Positions 13,690 through 28,779 of a stretch of 64,000 bases of DNA are shown here, piece by piece (the stretch's first letter is position 1; each line of letters opens with the position of its first letter). The position numbers and the translations under genes were made by a program. The DNA comes from Bigelowiella natans CCMP2755 (lineage: Eukaryota > Protista > Cercozoa). The notes beneath the pieces are model-generated. The model did no database searches. It saw only the letters and a list, made by a program, of their open reading frames with translations, and was not told where the DNA came from. Where the stretch lies: assembly GCA_000320545.1 (NCBI GenBank), contig ADNK01002555.1, positions 29,284 to 93,283 on the forward strand, given 5' to 3'.

Positions 13690-16600
13690 ATGAGGAAAGC
13701 TAACGATTTCATTTTAGTTTCCAAGCAAACTCCTGACGCCCTTGGTAGTTGGAAACAACTGGCGCTAAAGTTTCGTACGACATGTGGATTTACTGGATTT
13801 TCTGATGAAGATGTGTTTAGACTCGTAGTGACTAAAGGTGGTAGTTTGACTCCGCGGATTCTTGAAATATGTGTAAATAGCCGCAGAGCGAACTAAAATT
13901 CTTTCATCTTAGATGACAAGAAGGTTGCAATAGTGAGCTCGGCCATCGAATGGTTCATGTTTTACCAAGGATATAAAGACGAACATGTAAGAATTCGGTA
14001 TTATTTCTCAGTCAAGTACGAATAAAAGACTAAATAGTTTCCTATATGGCATGAATACTTTCCCAGTAACTATGCGTAAATTATTCTCAGCATTGTAGTT
14101 GGGAATTCTAATTGCAACGACTCTAAGGTCTGATATGTACCAAAATAATATGTATGAATATGTAATGCGCGATCCACATGACGCAGAGTAGCAAAATTTT
14201 ATTTTCCTTCATTTCGTTTAAAAATAATGCTGTGCTTAATCAGGAGGATACTACTGTTGCCTCCTCAACATTTACCAATACTGATGGAATGCTGCGTTTA
14301 AGTCTTCCACAAACTCGGCTGAATACTGGGCTATTAAGAACTGAAGTAAGCGAGAAAACCAATTGCAGAACATGGAGCCAGCTGTATTAATGTATCAATA
14401 CATATGTGAATATGTATGTTATATATTATGTGTATACGTGTATGCATTTATGAATTATATGTAGCATATAATATTTGCCGTCACGGACTGAGTAATGTTA
14501 TATCGACTTAAACATCGGGTCTAATAAGAGAACGTTCTGTAGGAAGTTGGAAGAAGAAACTCCAGCCAGTATGTAACCTCTGCCGTGACTGTTAGTACGG
14601 CTACTATAGAAACTGAATCGTTTGGGAAGAATAAGGCGGATACTTTATTTTCCATGCCTCATTCACGTAGTAGTAATGCGCAAGATCTAGAAATTGTTGT
14701 GAAAAGAAAGTCAAATCAATTAGAGGAAGACTTGATCCAGGTAGTGAACATAAAAGTTGCTTTCTTCTTTTTATAACCGTATTACCACATTAAACATCCT
14801 AACATATTTTGGTCTTGAACAGAATACGAAGAATAAATTTTTGGTAATTTAGGTAGAGGAGACTAACCAGAAACAAAAGGGATCCTTCAACACTGTCTCT
14901 TTTTCCCACAACGTCAAGGCCACTACCATTATTGGCCCTCTACCTCTTCAACACGACGCTAAGAATGCTGAGATTGCTCAACGAATACCTGTTTCCTCGA
15001 AAGATGGAAAAAATCGCCATTCAGTTTATTCTCAGAACAAAATCAATTCCAGTACCTCAGAGGGATCTGGACTTAGACTGCTTTCGAACCCGGGTATCAT
15101 GCACGCTCCAAGTGACATGGCTTACCAGCTACAGAAAGAAACAACAAGATGCGAGGATGTTAAAACTAAAGGGCGGGAATATCCCATGATGTATGTAACT
15201 AAATCAAATTGATATTTTTTGAAGTACAAAGAAATAAAGTATAGTGGCATAAACGAACTGATTTTGCTGAAATTCAACATTTTATTATACGACTTTGTAA
15301 ATACAGCTGAATAAAAGCCCAGTTTCAAACACAGTTTTGTTTTGTTGTTATCTGACGTAAGTAATTTTTTAAATACAATACGGATAAAGAATTTATATTT
15401 AGGTTTCTAAACATGAATGTTTCTTTGCTTCTGTCAACCAACTTAAAATCCTACATAGAATGAACCATTTTTCTTTGCATTTTATTAAACAATGCAATAT
15501 TCTTAGTAACTACTACTATCCATACATAAAGGAACGAAATTCAAAAGCATATCAAAACCTCTAAAGAATTGTCGCAGCTTGCTTTATTGGGAACCGTGCG
15601 CTATGGAACAAGTAGTGGAATTCCCACAGAAATATATGTCAAAGATCTTTGCATCAGCACGCCAGAATTCCAAATACTACGCCACGTGACTGTAGCTCTG
15701 AAAAATGGGTAATTAATGCTTTTATCGAATTACCTATCTCTTCCTTTATTGTTCCTATTTATGTATCTATAAATGATGCGAATGATGTTATTGGTGGTGT
15801 ATTTACATAGAGAGCTCAATGCATGTCTCGGTCCCTCGGGTGCAGGGAAATCGTCATTATTCGACTTTCTAACGGGAAGGTTTAAAACTGATATCTCATA
15901 TTTAATGAGAGAGAACTGTCTTCATGACTAGAATATGTGAAAGATAGTGTCTTTAAATTTTTAGTCAGATTCGATCAAAATAATGATAACATAGTCGTTA
16001 CTACAACCAACCTCTAGTGATGGATTTGGTAAACAGAAATATAGAGGCTAATGTCACAAATGGGGTTGTAATTGTTAATGGAAGAGAAGTCACGCCAGAA
16101 TGGTCTTACTTAATTCTAGAGAAGGAAAAATATTACTTACTCTTAAAATAGCAAAATATATTTTTGTATCATTGAATTTGTATACCACTAATCCCGACAG
16201 ACTTATACATGTTCATCGTTTATATTCTACTTCTAAAAGCTACATATCACCGTTAGGAGATCCAAAAATATAGCTTATGTAGAACAGGATTCGTCACTAC
16301 TTTCAACCTCCACTGTTCGAGAGGTTCATAAGAAAAATACTTATAATTAGTATCATAAGTAAACTCTTAAATCCAAATATCACACCAATTGACAAATTTG
16401 TTGAATTGAATACTGTTTCTATAAAGGCCTTAATGTTTGCTGCAAAAATACAAAGAGCAGATACTATTTCCGAGGATCATGTCATTCATAAGGTCTTCGA
16501 CATGATATGACGATAAAATGCTAATTAATGATATTAGTTTCGTAGACATGGCTAGTAGTGTCCTTATCCAAATTACTTAGTAGAATAATTAGCATCATTA

Positions 16601-19600
16601 CCTTTAGTTCAGATATGGTAATTCTCCCTGATTTTGTCAATCTTTATTTTGATGCGAGAACACATATGAGTATTTCAACATGCTACTGGCTTCTTTTTCC
16701 TTAGGTCGAGGAAGCTTTACATATCCTTCAACTGGATCATCGGTAGGTTGGACATATTTTTTTCCCCATCGTATCAAGTGTTTCGCTACATATTTTGCAT
16801 CATCCTCTTCAAATGCAAATGTCTTATTCTCGCGTTAGACTGCATATGGTCGTATAATCAAATTATTAAGTATTATGCCAATTATAATGAAGGCAGCATA
16901 ATTTCATTGGTGGCAATGTTGAGAACTGGTATGGAGGCATTCGGAGTCTTTCAGGTACATAAGATTTATCATACAGACTTGATATAATCGTTCGACCGCG
17001 AAATATTAATGATATTAGTAAAATAATGTTATATCGCTCGTATTGCGATTGATAAACTCCTTAAGCCTGTAAAATTGGATTGGAAAAATCGATTTATGTT
17101 ATAACACAATATCAAGTTAATCTGATAACAAAGGAATATTTTATGTTAATCATTTTAGTTACATCTTAGGTGGCGAAAGACGTCGACTAGTTATTGGAGA
17201 ACAACTTGTTAGGGATGCGGAAATTATCGTTCTTGATGAACCAACATCAGGTATGCACGTGGAAACTGTATTGATGATGCAAATAATGGTGAAGAGAGTG
17301 AAGGGTATCAAGGGAATCCGCATGTGTCTCTTACTTCTCCTACTAGTTTACCAGAAGATAGCTTCCGAAAAAGCCATGATTGAAAATATCACCATGCTAT
17401 AGTTGTTTATTATATAAGGATGATATTGAGAAGTGTTGTTTATGTAAAAAAATTTTAAGAAACCAAAATGTGATTACTATGCTTTTAACTGTCACTTTAA
17501 CTTCTGAGTTTTTCTAAAATTCATAAAGGTGTCGATTCTGCAATTGCTTTGGAGATAACAATACTTTTGAAGGAGCTGTGCAAACGAGGCAAGACCGTTT
17601 TTGCATCTTTCCACCTTCCGTCGTCACAGATGTTTCAAAGGTTAGATATTTTTGCATTGAAATATATATGATTATTACTATTTATTATCGCTTGAAGTTG
17701 TAATACTGAAATTGATATCAAAGGTTTGATAATCTGTGCTTAATGGCCAATGGTCAAGTAATTTACAACGAATCTCGGTATATAGGATAATATTAATTAA
17801 CACGAAGGAGTAGCTTTTCGTTTTGGTATAGCATCACTTCTCAAAAATAGCATGTGTATGATTTCTTCCTATAATATATAGGTTTCTTTCGTAAATAAAA
17901 AATAATTACCAGCAATAACTAAATCTACTCAGAAAACGAACACACATACACACACTACACAATTACATTATCATGATCACCATCATCATCATTCAAACCA
18001 CATATATGCACAAGGGTATATTATCAGGGCTGCAGCAGTAAGCTTTTTCAATTTATGCAACGAGCCATGTCCAATTGACTATAGGTATTTCTTTTTTGGG
18101 GTTCTGCAATATTTCACTACATTATAGGTATGCAAATATGATAATCACGATATGTTTCACATTTAGCCCTGCGGACCATTATCTCCAAGTGATCTCGAAT
18201 CGTGAGCGGGCAGCTACTATATCGAAAATATTTAAGACTGAATTCCAGGGAAGAAACAAACTGAAACGGTATAGGGATCTTTGATGATAGTGAAAGTATC
18301 CATAGTATCAATTGATTTAGATTAGAGTTGTCGATAGTATACATCAATAATGCCTCATAAAAATACAGTGATGATACTAATAAAAATAAAGATATAATGC
18401 CAAGAATGTCAGAGTTTATAATAAATATACATTAGTAAATGGCAGAAACTATAGAACAAAATCCTTTAACTAGGGTATTTTTTTATTTTTGTGCTAATTC
18501 TATAGAACAAAAGAAGCTTTTCGCTACCCGAACCTTACTGTTTCCTCATCATTTTCCACTCAATTTAGGTATAAAATATGTATTTGTTATTTTGGCATTA
18601 TTCTTCTTAAAATGTTATCACCAACTACATCACCCTGGTGTAGTTATTAAAATAAAATCAGTTACAATATGATGTATTTTTTACATTAGAAAAATCTCTT
18701 ACTTCTAGCTTTGATATGATATTTTCATGATTAATTTCAAAATTGAAATTGGTATTAATATATGTTACGTATTCTCGTAACGTCTGTCAGAATATGAAAT
18801 ATGTAATAACGTAGTATTTGTAATTACGATCGGGCCTAATCAAGAAAAATATATACTATTGAATTAAGGTGTCTCTTCCTCCGGAAATCTCGCCAATGGG
18901 CACGCGATTATGTTCTCCTTGGGGCACAAATACTAAACTATGTATACTATTTTCATTTTCCTAACCTATTTATTTAGATGTCTTTTGAATAACTCCTAGT
19001 GTTACTTCTCGTGTACTTTCATTAAACGCTATTCAGATGCGTCAAAATCTTTCTCACGTAATAGAATTAATTAGGTGTTAGCTGGGCTTCTCTTTGGCAT
19101 CCAGTATCGACCGTTTGTCCTTGACTCGGAAGAGATTGTAAACGGGGCGTTCCAATTTAGACGAAATTTTTTCGTGGTAGTCATCCATCTATATTAGCTA
19201 CGATTATTGAATTAGATAGAACATACATGTTGCATGAATGAATAAATTAACTTGACATAGGGTTTTGAAATCATTATCTGTCCGCTTTGAAATATATGTT
19301 GCTTCAACTACTATTTTTACATCTTTTTTTTCTTTTAATTTTAAATAAACTATAACTTCATGATACTGCAATCCAATAAGTGGAAGGGCAAGACCAGGAT
19401 CAATAATTTGAAAAGTTGTGATTAAATCTAAACTGGGGATATCAAATTTTACCAGATTTAATGTCTGATCTAAAGTATTAACCTATTGACAATCAACTAG
19501 TTAGTGTTAATGGTCGCTGCATTCACTCCGGGGTTCACTTCAATTGCAAAATTTGAGGCTGAGAGAGGTGGAATATAATATGTTCTGCGGCGAATAAAAC

Positions 19601-21372
19601 AACATCAATATGACTAACGTTGCCGATATTATAAATCTATTGAAGACCTACTATCAATATTATTGCCGTCAGTAGGTATAATCATAATAATTTATCGTTA
19701 TACTTGACGTTTCTGTGAAGGAGTTATATTTCCCAAAGAATTCATATCATCGCCTGGAAAACCTGTATGATAAGAATTATCATCTTAAATCACAACTATT
19801 ACATATAAACTCCGCGATTCATGTAACTAATCTTTACAATAATGAATACCAGAGCAAGTAAAAAAGACTCAAAATAGTCTGATGGTCAAATAAATAAACT
19901 ATATACTGGTACAAGGTCTCTTACGTCGCGAAACTGCGAGCAAGCGATATGGATTCTTGGCACATTTCATATCTCTCACTGCATGCTCTTGGGTGTGACT
20001 TACAATAAAATGTCTTATGGCACTTAAAAGCTAATTGGTATTTGCTACGAATAAATGACGGATTAGGTCGTTGAATCGATATCTGCAATCGTCTTTTCCA
20101 TCTGCTTCTACTTTCTATCTGGGCTGGCAAGAGACCGATATGCCGGTTGCATTTTCATTCTGGTAGTTCTAAATTCTGAATAGAGAGTCGTGAAATCAGT
20201 TCAGGAGCAATTCAATTATATATACGATGCATAGAACAACCATTGATATTAGAGTATCCTTTTTGCGGTTTGTAGTATGGTTTGCCATATGTATAACTTG
20301 TTAAACGTACAGAAAGCAAATTTAAATGCATTTCGCGTTAACAATTCGAGGTTGACATGGAGTGTTTCTCCTATTTCTCAGATTGCGTTTATGCTCCTTA
20401 ATGAGACGTTAGGTCCATCTATCCAAAGAAATATCCGAAAATATTACTAAAATTCATATATTCACTTTCGTTATTAGCATCATTTTCTCAATCGCTCAAG
20501 CATTACATGTCATTTTTTGCTTTAAACCATTTTAACTCATTTACTAGGATTGATAGCTGCCATTGTGAGTCCGAGTTTCGCCTTAGCGATTTTGATTCAT
20601 ACGCCTCCAATTTTCTTGATGTTTGCTGTCGCACAACGGGGCATCGAAGGGCTAAATGTCAGTTCACTCGATATATTAAACTATCGAGAATAGCGATTGA
20701 ATACTTGAGGTTCTTCGAGAGATCACAACGAAGCCATGAGCGTGAGATATAACCTAGATTGTAAGAAGTATTTATGTGAAAAATAGCTGTGCGCTTTTAA
20801 AATATAAATGATGTTTTTTTTCCCTTTGCTGTTGTAACTTCATTTTTACAACATCAATTCCCACTTTTCAAATTAATTAGGATGTCTTAATATACTTAAA
20901 TCCGTTTTCTTACGCTTCCATCGCTCTTCTGGAGAACGAAGGACTCGGAGCAGGTGACAAGAATAGAAAGAAACACATAAAAATGCAAAGACATTTTTAT
21001 ACGGGAAAATCTCAAATTTATTTTATTACTGAAGAAACCTATGGGCTTCGTCGTTTCGTCTTGAGATAGATGTTTGGAAGTAGTCGCCAAACCCATAAAT
21101 ACAAATACCATCGTTTCTTATCTTCAGTTAAATAAAACCACAAACCTGTGCAAAATAATTCACTTACTAAAGGCGTGTTCCCTACCGGAAATGGCGAAAC
21201 TCGCAGTCTACTTGAGGAGCGTGAGTTCACAGATCCAGAAATTACAATGAATGGACTAGGAGTCTGGGAAAATTTTGGAGCCCTTCTCGCGATAGCTTTT
21301 GTTTTTCGAGTGTTTGCATATTATCTTCTTCTAAGATTCCATGATGCAGGACGGGTTACGAAACAAAATTGA
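13690..21372 (+). CDS. ABCG (White-family) half transporter, >20 exons, long N-terminal extension; start approximate
   Basis: Walker A GPSGAGKS (~15830), IAYVEQD Q-loop (~16270), signature LS|GGERRRL and Walker B IIVLDEPTSG (~16945-17250), H-loop ASFHLPSS (~17605), SPADHYL (~18165), TM exons and terminal GVWENFGALLAIAFVFRVFAYYLLL, stop 21372. NBD-then-TMD order is ABCG. Confidence 0.92.
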
Positions 21373-22320
21373 CATATGCAATGTCGCATTGCTAGATTGG
21401 TGGGAGGAATGAGCACATCACATTGTCATATTGAGTTGTCCATTGTCGAATTGAAAAAGGCAATGCTTATGCTAATATGATGACCCAAGCAAATGTTGAC
21501 GAGTCAAAGCAGGCTTTTTGAGCAAGCAACTTTAAATACATTATTAGTGAACCAAGCTAGCAAGCCTAGTTATTATTAATGTTCTGCAACATTGTCTGCT
21601 ACATCTAGACAACATCACTTCTTGTTCCATGACGATGGCATGCTACCATGCTACCATGCTACCATGAACGGCGTTGTTGAACGTGGGTGGATGTCCAATG
21701 CCATGGCTTCATTTGTGCATTCATGTCAGTTAGAAGATGCTGCAAAGGCAAATTGCACCTTTCGAGCGGCGATCGCATCAGATGACACATGTGATGAGCG
21801 GTTGTGGTGAGAAAAATCATGCTATTGTTGTGCATGAGCACTAGAGCGACAGCATCTGGACGCACCATTTGTCATTTCCATTGTTGCTGACAACTGTTGA
21901 CCAAATGGTGAAAATGGGTGTTGTAGGGTTTCCATTTGAATGAACAATGGCATGTGAGCTAATGACTGTTCTAGTGATGCGCATGGCGCACTCTGCTATC
22001 GTGTTTGCTGCAATGAATTTCGCAAGCAAAATTTGTGCTTAGTGAAATGCAACAATGTTTTCACTGTGAGAAATTTCAAACTGTGCTAATCTAGTAATGC
22101 AGGACCTGCTAGTGCACATCCTTCACCAAAGGCCATTGAATCATGACTCATCACAGATTTGATGAGTGCAATGCATGTGCTTGTGCACGTATGATGCTGT
22201 AATGATTGCAAATGCAATGCATTTTTCTATTTTATTCATTGTTGTTGGGTTGCGTGATGTGATGCATGTCAGCCTAGTAGCTACAGTTGCATGCAATTGA
22301 TGAGGAATTAACAAATTTTA
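21373..22320. other. TpA-depleted intergenic island C
   Basis: Starts right after the ABCG stop; TA survivors are mainly CTAG/CTAC/CTAT/TTAG/GTAG. Confidence 0.75.
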
Positions 22321-22479
22321 CTTCGTCATCAACAATTAGTGAGTGAACAAACTGCAAGCCCAAAAAAATGTTAGATATATGGATCAAAACCAAAATATTT
22401 CTACGAAATCCTTACACATGTGCTCTTTGTGAATCAGCAAGCACCATACTGACTACACTGGATCTTTCCTTCGACACAC

Positions 22480-23357
22480 GTGGGTACATAGAATGTGTTG
22501 TAGAAACTATCCGGATCATCTTCTCCTCCGCAAGAATAGCTACGTGAGTGATGAAACACAAAATAGATTTTTTTTAAAAAATACATTCTGTTCCAAAAAG
22601 AGTAATTTTACAAAGGGAAAAATTACGATATATCTTAAATTTATTTTCCCTGGATGAATGAATAAATACAACAATTATAAAATGATAAAAAATGCAATAT
22701 GCATAAAAATGCACCCTCCTTGCCCTGGCTGGCGTCGATCCGATCCAATGAAGAAAGAATTTTCAAAGCAAGCTCCATCGAACAATCCAGTGCCGTTTTC
22801 CTATTAGTGAGATCGCCACAAACCCAAAAGCAGATAAAGTGGTGAAAATATGCGCATATAAGAAGTTTATGTCTTATAATATATGATATCATTTAAAATT
22901 TGTATGCATACTTTAATGTATAAGTTTGTGTGTGAGTGAGTGAGTTATTAGTAAGTGCGTGAACAGCATAATCAAATAAAGAATGATCTTTACACTTGAA
23001 TTATAACACAGTACATTATGAACTATATACTCCATAAATAAGTGGGAAAACCTGCTCCATAATATTCTTGATGGTGAAGTAAACCCCAGCTCCACACAAA
23101 AAAATCCCCAATGTTGCACCAAGAATATATCCTATAATTCTTACAAATCGGCGTCCGTTCCTGGCCATAAATAGCAAATTATTGACAAGATAATAAATAT
23201 CTAGCTATAATAACAACTGAAATAAACGTTATAATTAGTTTGTATTACATCTTCAAAAAGGTTAAATTCGGTAGATACATGAGACTAGATTCTTTTGTTG
23301 AAGAAAAATACACCAATACGTACACATATATACATTTTCCCTCTCTCTCCCTCTCTC

Positions 23358-23398
<41 letters not shown>

Positions 23399-24513
23399 CT
23401 ATTTGTTTCTCTTTTTATCTCTTTTTTATTTCCATCCAAGGAGTTTATTATCGATGAATCAAACATTCAGTCTTGATGAGAAATTTTTCAAGGTTATCAA
23501 TTTTAATTTTTGTTTTTAATATTTATTACCCTCCACCATTTAGACATGATAAGATACATCTTCCTTTAGCAGTAGATAACGTTGATAAGGCACCGGATTC
23601 CATCCTATTTTCGGATATCTCATCTCCAAAGATTTCAGTTCCACTTTCTTCATGATTTTTATTTGCCTTTTCTTCAGAAGCTAGCGGGAGCGATGAGTAG
23701 CTGTTATTAACGTTATCGCTATCCTCCATTGCATCTATTAATTATTATAGATGAATTATATGCACAATATATTAATGTGTATATATATTTATATATATAT
23801 ATATATATTATACACACATATATGTGTGTAACCCTACAATGGATTAAAATATTAAAATATCAATTTTCTGAACATACATATATCTTGCTTTTTTGTTTTA
23901 TCCTGATTCATATTACACCTTTATTCCACATATCCCACTCGAACAATTTAAAGTGAAGAACGAATGGAAGATAAAATGTTAACGCCGTTACCGATATTGC
24001 TCCTAATATAATTAATTAAAAGTTGAGGTTTTAGGTAATTTTAGGCAGATAATTTTGCAAATGCCTATCTTTTAATATATTTTTGTAATTTTTTGAAAAT
24101 TTACGACCTACAAGTGACACCATATTTTGTAGACCAAACCCAAGAAATGCCTCCGCAACCAGAGCGTAGGATGAGAGAACTGCATTGAAAGCACAATATC
24201 AACTAAACGAGGTATTTATTAGTCGTTTAATAGCCACTCTAAAAAAATAAACTATATGCACTTAAAATGAAGTTATTTGAAACTGTAAAGTATTTCTCTA
24301 AACCTGAAAGACGAAATACAAATCTAAAGAGCGCAGGAGGAACACTTTTGATCCAATCGTAACTTAAGCAGAGTTAGATAATATTAATTAATGTATTTAT
24401 TAAACAATTGAGTAATGCATGCTTAATTTATATTTACATGAATTTTGAGTTATTAATTGCATAAAATATAATTTTTCATACAGAAACCAATTCCAATCAT
24501 ACGCACACACACG

Positions 24514-24544
<31 letters not shown>

Positions 24545-25420
24545 ACAAACACACACAAACACGCAAATAACACACACGCACAGAGATACGAACGCAAACA
24601 AATATATACATACACAAGTATACACACATGTATATATATAACAACACGCATTATTAAAATTACGCGCATCTTTCAGGATTTGAGTGTCTAAGGTAGTCCG
24701 AAGGTGATACGCCTATAATAAATTTATAAAACAAATAATTCAGTATAGTCAATTTGCCAAAAAATATCCAAAAATTTAATTGACAAATATTTCCTGTAAC
24801 CAATACTAACTTTCTGTAAGAATTTTTGTATTTGTTTGACATAAAAGGTTATATTTTACATGTTCTGTTCTTATATGTCCATGCATACAAATTTTATACA
24901 TTTTTTTATTTTTATAAAAATCATATAACTACCCAAACGAAGTTCGACTTTCAGAAATAAAAGAATCTGCCCGTAGGTCAATGGCAAATATCCTAACATT
25001 GCACTAAATAAAAGTAAAAAGTAATATTAAACTGATTAATATTCTAAAATATAATGCTATTGTCCACGTGATTTTTTGTTTCATATAAAATCACACGTTA
25101 ACAATTCATTTTAAAATATCTTTATATATGTTTCTGTTTGCGAATTTGTTATGTACGTCAAAATATTACCTGGAATGATATGAAATCATTTTTGTGATAA
25201 TAGATGATGTGAGTGTGTATGACATTCAATTTTTATTATTCATATTATTTAAATTTCCAAAGATCAAAATAAATACAAATCTTAATAAAGCACCAAATCT
25301 GAATTTATTATTTTAATTTAACCTTGATATGAGGTATGCACGAACAGCGGGGCCGTCTTTAAAATTCAAAATCATATTTGCTCCTGTTTTGCATATTGTA
25401 TGTAAATATGTGTGCATAAA

Positions 25421-25463
<43 letters not shown>

Positions 25464-25614
25464 ATATCATTCAACCAATTTTTGAAATATACGTTTAATT
25501 TTAGAAAAACAATAAGTAAAATGCCATTATACTACGATTATATAAAGCATAAACTAAGCTTCTTTTTCAAAGCTTTTTTAATAGATAAGGATTTGAAAAT
25601 AAGAATTTGTGTTG

Positions 25615-25655
<41 letters not shown>

Positions 25656-26023
25656 ACTCTCTCTACCTCTCTCTTTCTCTCTGTCTTCGTAAGTTTTATT
25701 GTGTATGTGTGTTGTGTATATGTATTCCATAACATATTTGTTAAAATTTGTATATTATAACGTATAAATCAATAAATATGAATTATTGGATGACCGCTGT
25801 TGAAGACACCAAATGCCCAAAATCCCCACATTCCTACAACGGCCTATGTTAAGCAATATAATATAAATCAAAAGATTATAGCGAAGTAAAAATATGAGAA
25901 ACATAAATTTATATAACCAGATAATTAAATACAATAATATATTCAAGTAGTTATGGAAGAAGTAAAAATGCTCAGATACCAATTTACTACATATTGTATG
26001 TGCGTGTATGTTTGTGTGTATGC

Positions 26024-26072
<49 letters not shown>

Positions 26073-26384
26073 TGTGAGTTTGTGTGTGGTGCGTGTGTAT
26101 TTAGCCCTATGTGTCATTATAATCATAGTACTAAACATATATTGGAAGTGCCACAGCGTTCGCCCAATTCCGGGACCGAAACATATCAGTATCTATAAAA
26201 TATAATATTATCATAGTAATAAACAAATTAGTCTTTAACAACGAGAAAGTAGACAGAGTCAGGGAGTAAGTATACCATCACATAAAAAATTTAATTTTGA
26301 ACGAGTTTTTAAGTGAAATACCTGTACGCATTTCACGAACTTCTTCTGGCATGACCTTAAAATATGCATAAAAATTAACACAGT

Positions 26385-26438
<54 letters not shown>

Positions 26439-26790
26439 AAGGGAAGAAACAATACACAAAGTGGATAATATAAAAGAAATATTGAATTGTTTATATTACC
26501 GCATGAGAACCGTATGAAAAGACAAGATTTGCTGCCGCACTCATTATACCTATATTTTCATATATACATCTCTACAAATAAAATGTCTTTTTTGTCGTTG
26601 CATAAAAATCTAATTTCAATTTCTTTTTTTCCACATCCTCTCTGTTTTTTGCTTGATTTGATCTTCATTAAATGCACTTTTACTTGTTGGAGTTTGATGA
26701 TTGTAGCAGACATTGCAATAGCTCCCAAAAGCGGATAGATAATACCTACAATGTAACATTCTAATGATATTAAATATAACGTATATGTGT

Positions 26791-26830
<40 letters not shown>

Positions 26831-27009
26831 TTTGTAAGCCCTTGTTATGTAATACATTGCATTTATGCAACGCATGTAATCTAAATTTGATATACAAAGA
26901 TAGTACGTCATTATGGAGAGCCTCCAAGCTGTAAGCACCAAAGTTATTGCAGTAGCCGCTTTCATGAGAAAATCACCACTAAAGCCTGGGAGAGAATATA
27001 ACGATGCAG

Positions 27010-27046
<37 letters not shown>

Positions 27047-28438
27047 TTGTGTGTATGTGTTTAACTTGTGTACTATTATAGGAGCATTATCATTAACGCT
27101 TCGTCGAAATTCTGTGCTTTTGGGTGTGTGCACCATTAGTGCATATATTATTGCAATATTAATATGATACTACGCAATAGGACGCAGGTAGAGGGAGGTT
27201 AAAGGGGATGGGTTGATGGGGGAGGGTTGGCAAATATTGGCACTTGGGATTTGAAGGAAAATAGCATATGGAATGATGTTTATGATTATCCATTGCCTGA
27301 ATAGAAATGACATCAATTATCAAATATTACAAAATACGAAATAGTAGAAATAAATATTTTTTGCTTACATGTATTATTTACATTTGACTGTGCTGCTATT
27401 TTTGCTATTATCATTCAAGAATATAATCTATTGATTTCTATTCTTTTTCAATCAACCATTGACAGAGAGAGGAATTTGGAAAAGCTTGTTGCCAAAGCGA
27501 TCCTGAACCTTGTACCTAATTATCATTATTTTGAGGCATGCACAACACAACAGCCATTTAGATAGTATCGTAGAAAGGAGAAAACCAAACTAGTATAGAA
27601 AAAGAGAATGAGAGAGTGAGCATGAGAGGTAAAAAAGTTAGGGGAGGCTAAAAACACATAAAATAATAAATCGCAGATATGTATATAATATAATATGGCA
27701 TTTACTCGTACTATAAATATGTATATGATACAATAATATGGCATTTACTTGTACTATCCCTGTCAGCATGAATGATACGGTTTGGAGAATTTGCATCAGG
27801 ATGTATCCGTTTGATCCAAATGCTTCTTCTGCAACCTGACGAAGGGAGTGAATGCAACTAATTATCTATTTTTTAAGATGTAAATTAATTGAATTTATAT
27901 TTGCATGTGTGTGTTCGTAAATATGAGATATGTCCCATAAGACGAATAATACCAAAGGCCATGTATGTAGCTTCTTTCTTACACAAATATCAACCTAAAC
28001 AAACAGAATATTTATCAAAAATGATGATTCTATCTTTCTCTCTCTCTCTCTCCCTCTCATCTACACAAAAACAAAAACACACTAAACATGAATATCTCAT
28101 AAACATCCTGTATATTCCATTCTAATGCCTAAGATTTTATTTTACATATTAAATAAAACGTAGTTAATGTTTAAGATTCACAATTTCCATTTTAAGTAAC
28201 GTGTGAATGAATTCTCTCGGTATGTGAGTGTGCGATTTGTTATTATTGTACTAGCAGATGGCCACTAATCCAGCTTCCAATGGATAACGTGGCGAGAGCT
28301 GGATTTCCAATATACAAAGCAAATGAAACACATCCTTTAGAAATTTTTAGTCCACATAACAAGTGATGCAAATGATGTATGAAGTTTGTCAAAGAGGACG
28401 TACAAGTATTTATGATCAGTGTACGAACATTTTATCAC

Positions 28439-28478
<40 letters not shown>

Positions 28479-28732
28479 AAAGCTATATGTGAAACGCCAT
28501 CTAAAGTGTATGTTCACAGTTTTCATCTGTACTGTTGTGTATTGATCAATGTGTGCAGAAAGCTGATATTACTACTGCTTCAACTACTACCTATAGGACC
28601 ATATGCCAAACCCATTATTACAACTGCTTCTACTACTACTACTACCTATAGGACCATATGTCCAACCCATTTGTCCCATGGCGTAGGGTACTTGTGTTGC
28701 CTGAGATATGTAATAAATAAACGTATACATAT

Positions 28733-28779
<47 letters not shown>

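Noticed and set aside
28198-28335. AAAP pseudogenisation by two in-frame TAA (..HLLVQ**QI)
   Set aside because: A GT donor (CTA|GTACAA) precedes the stops, so they are probably intronic; cannot call a pseudogene.
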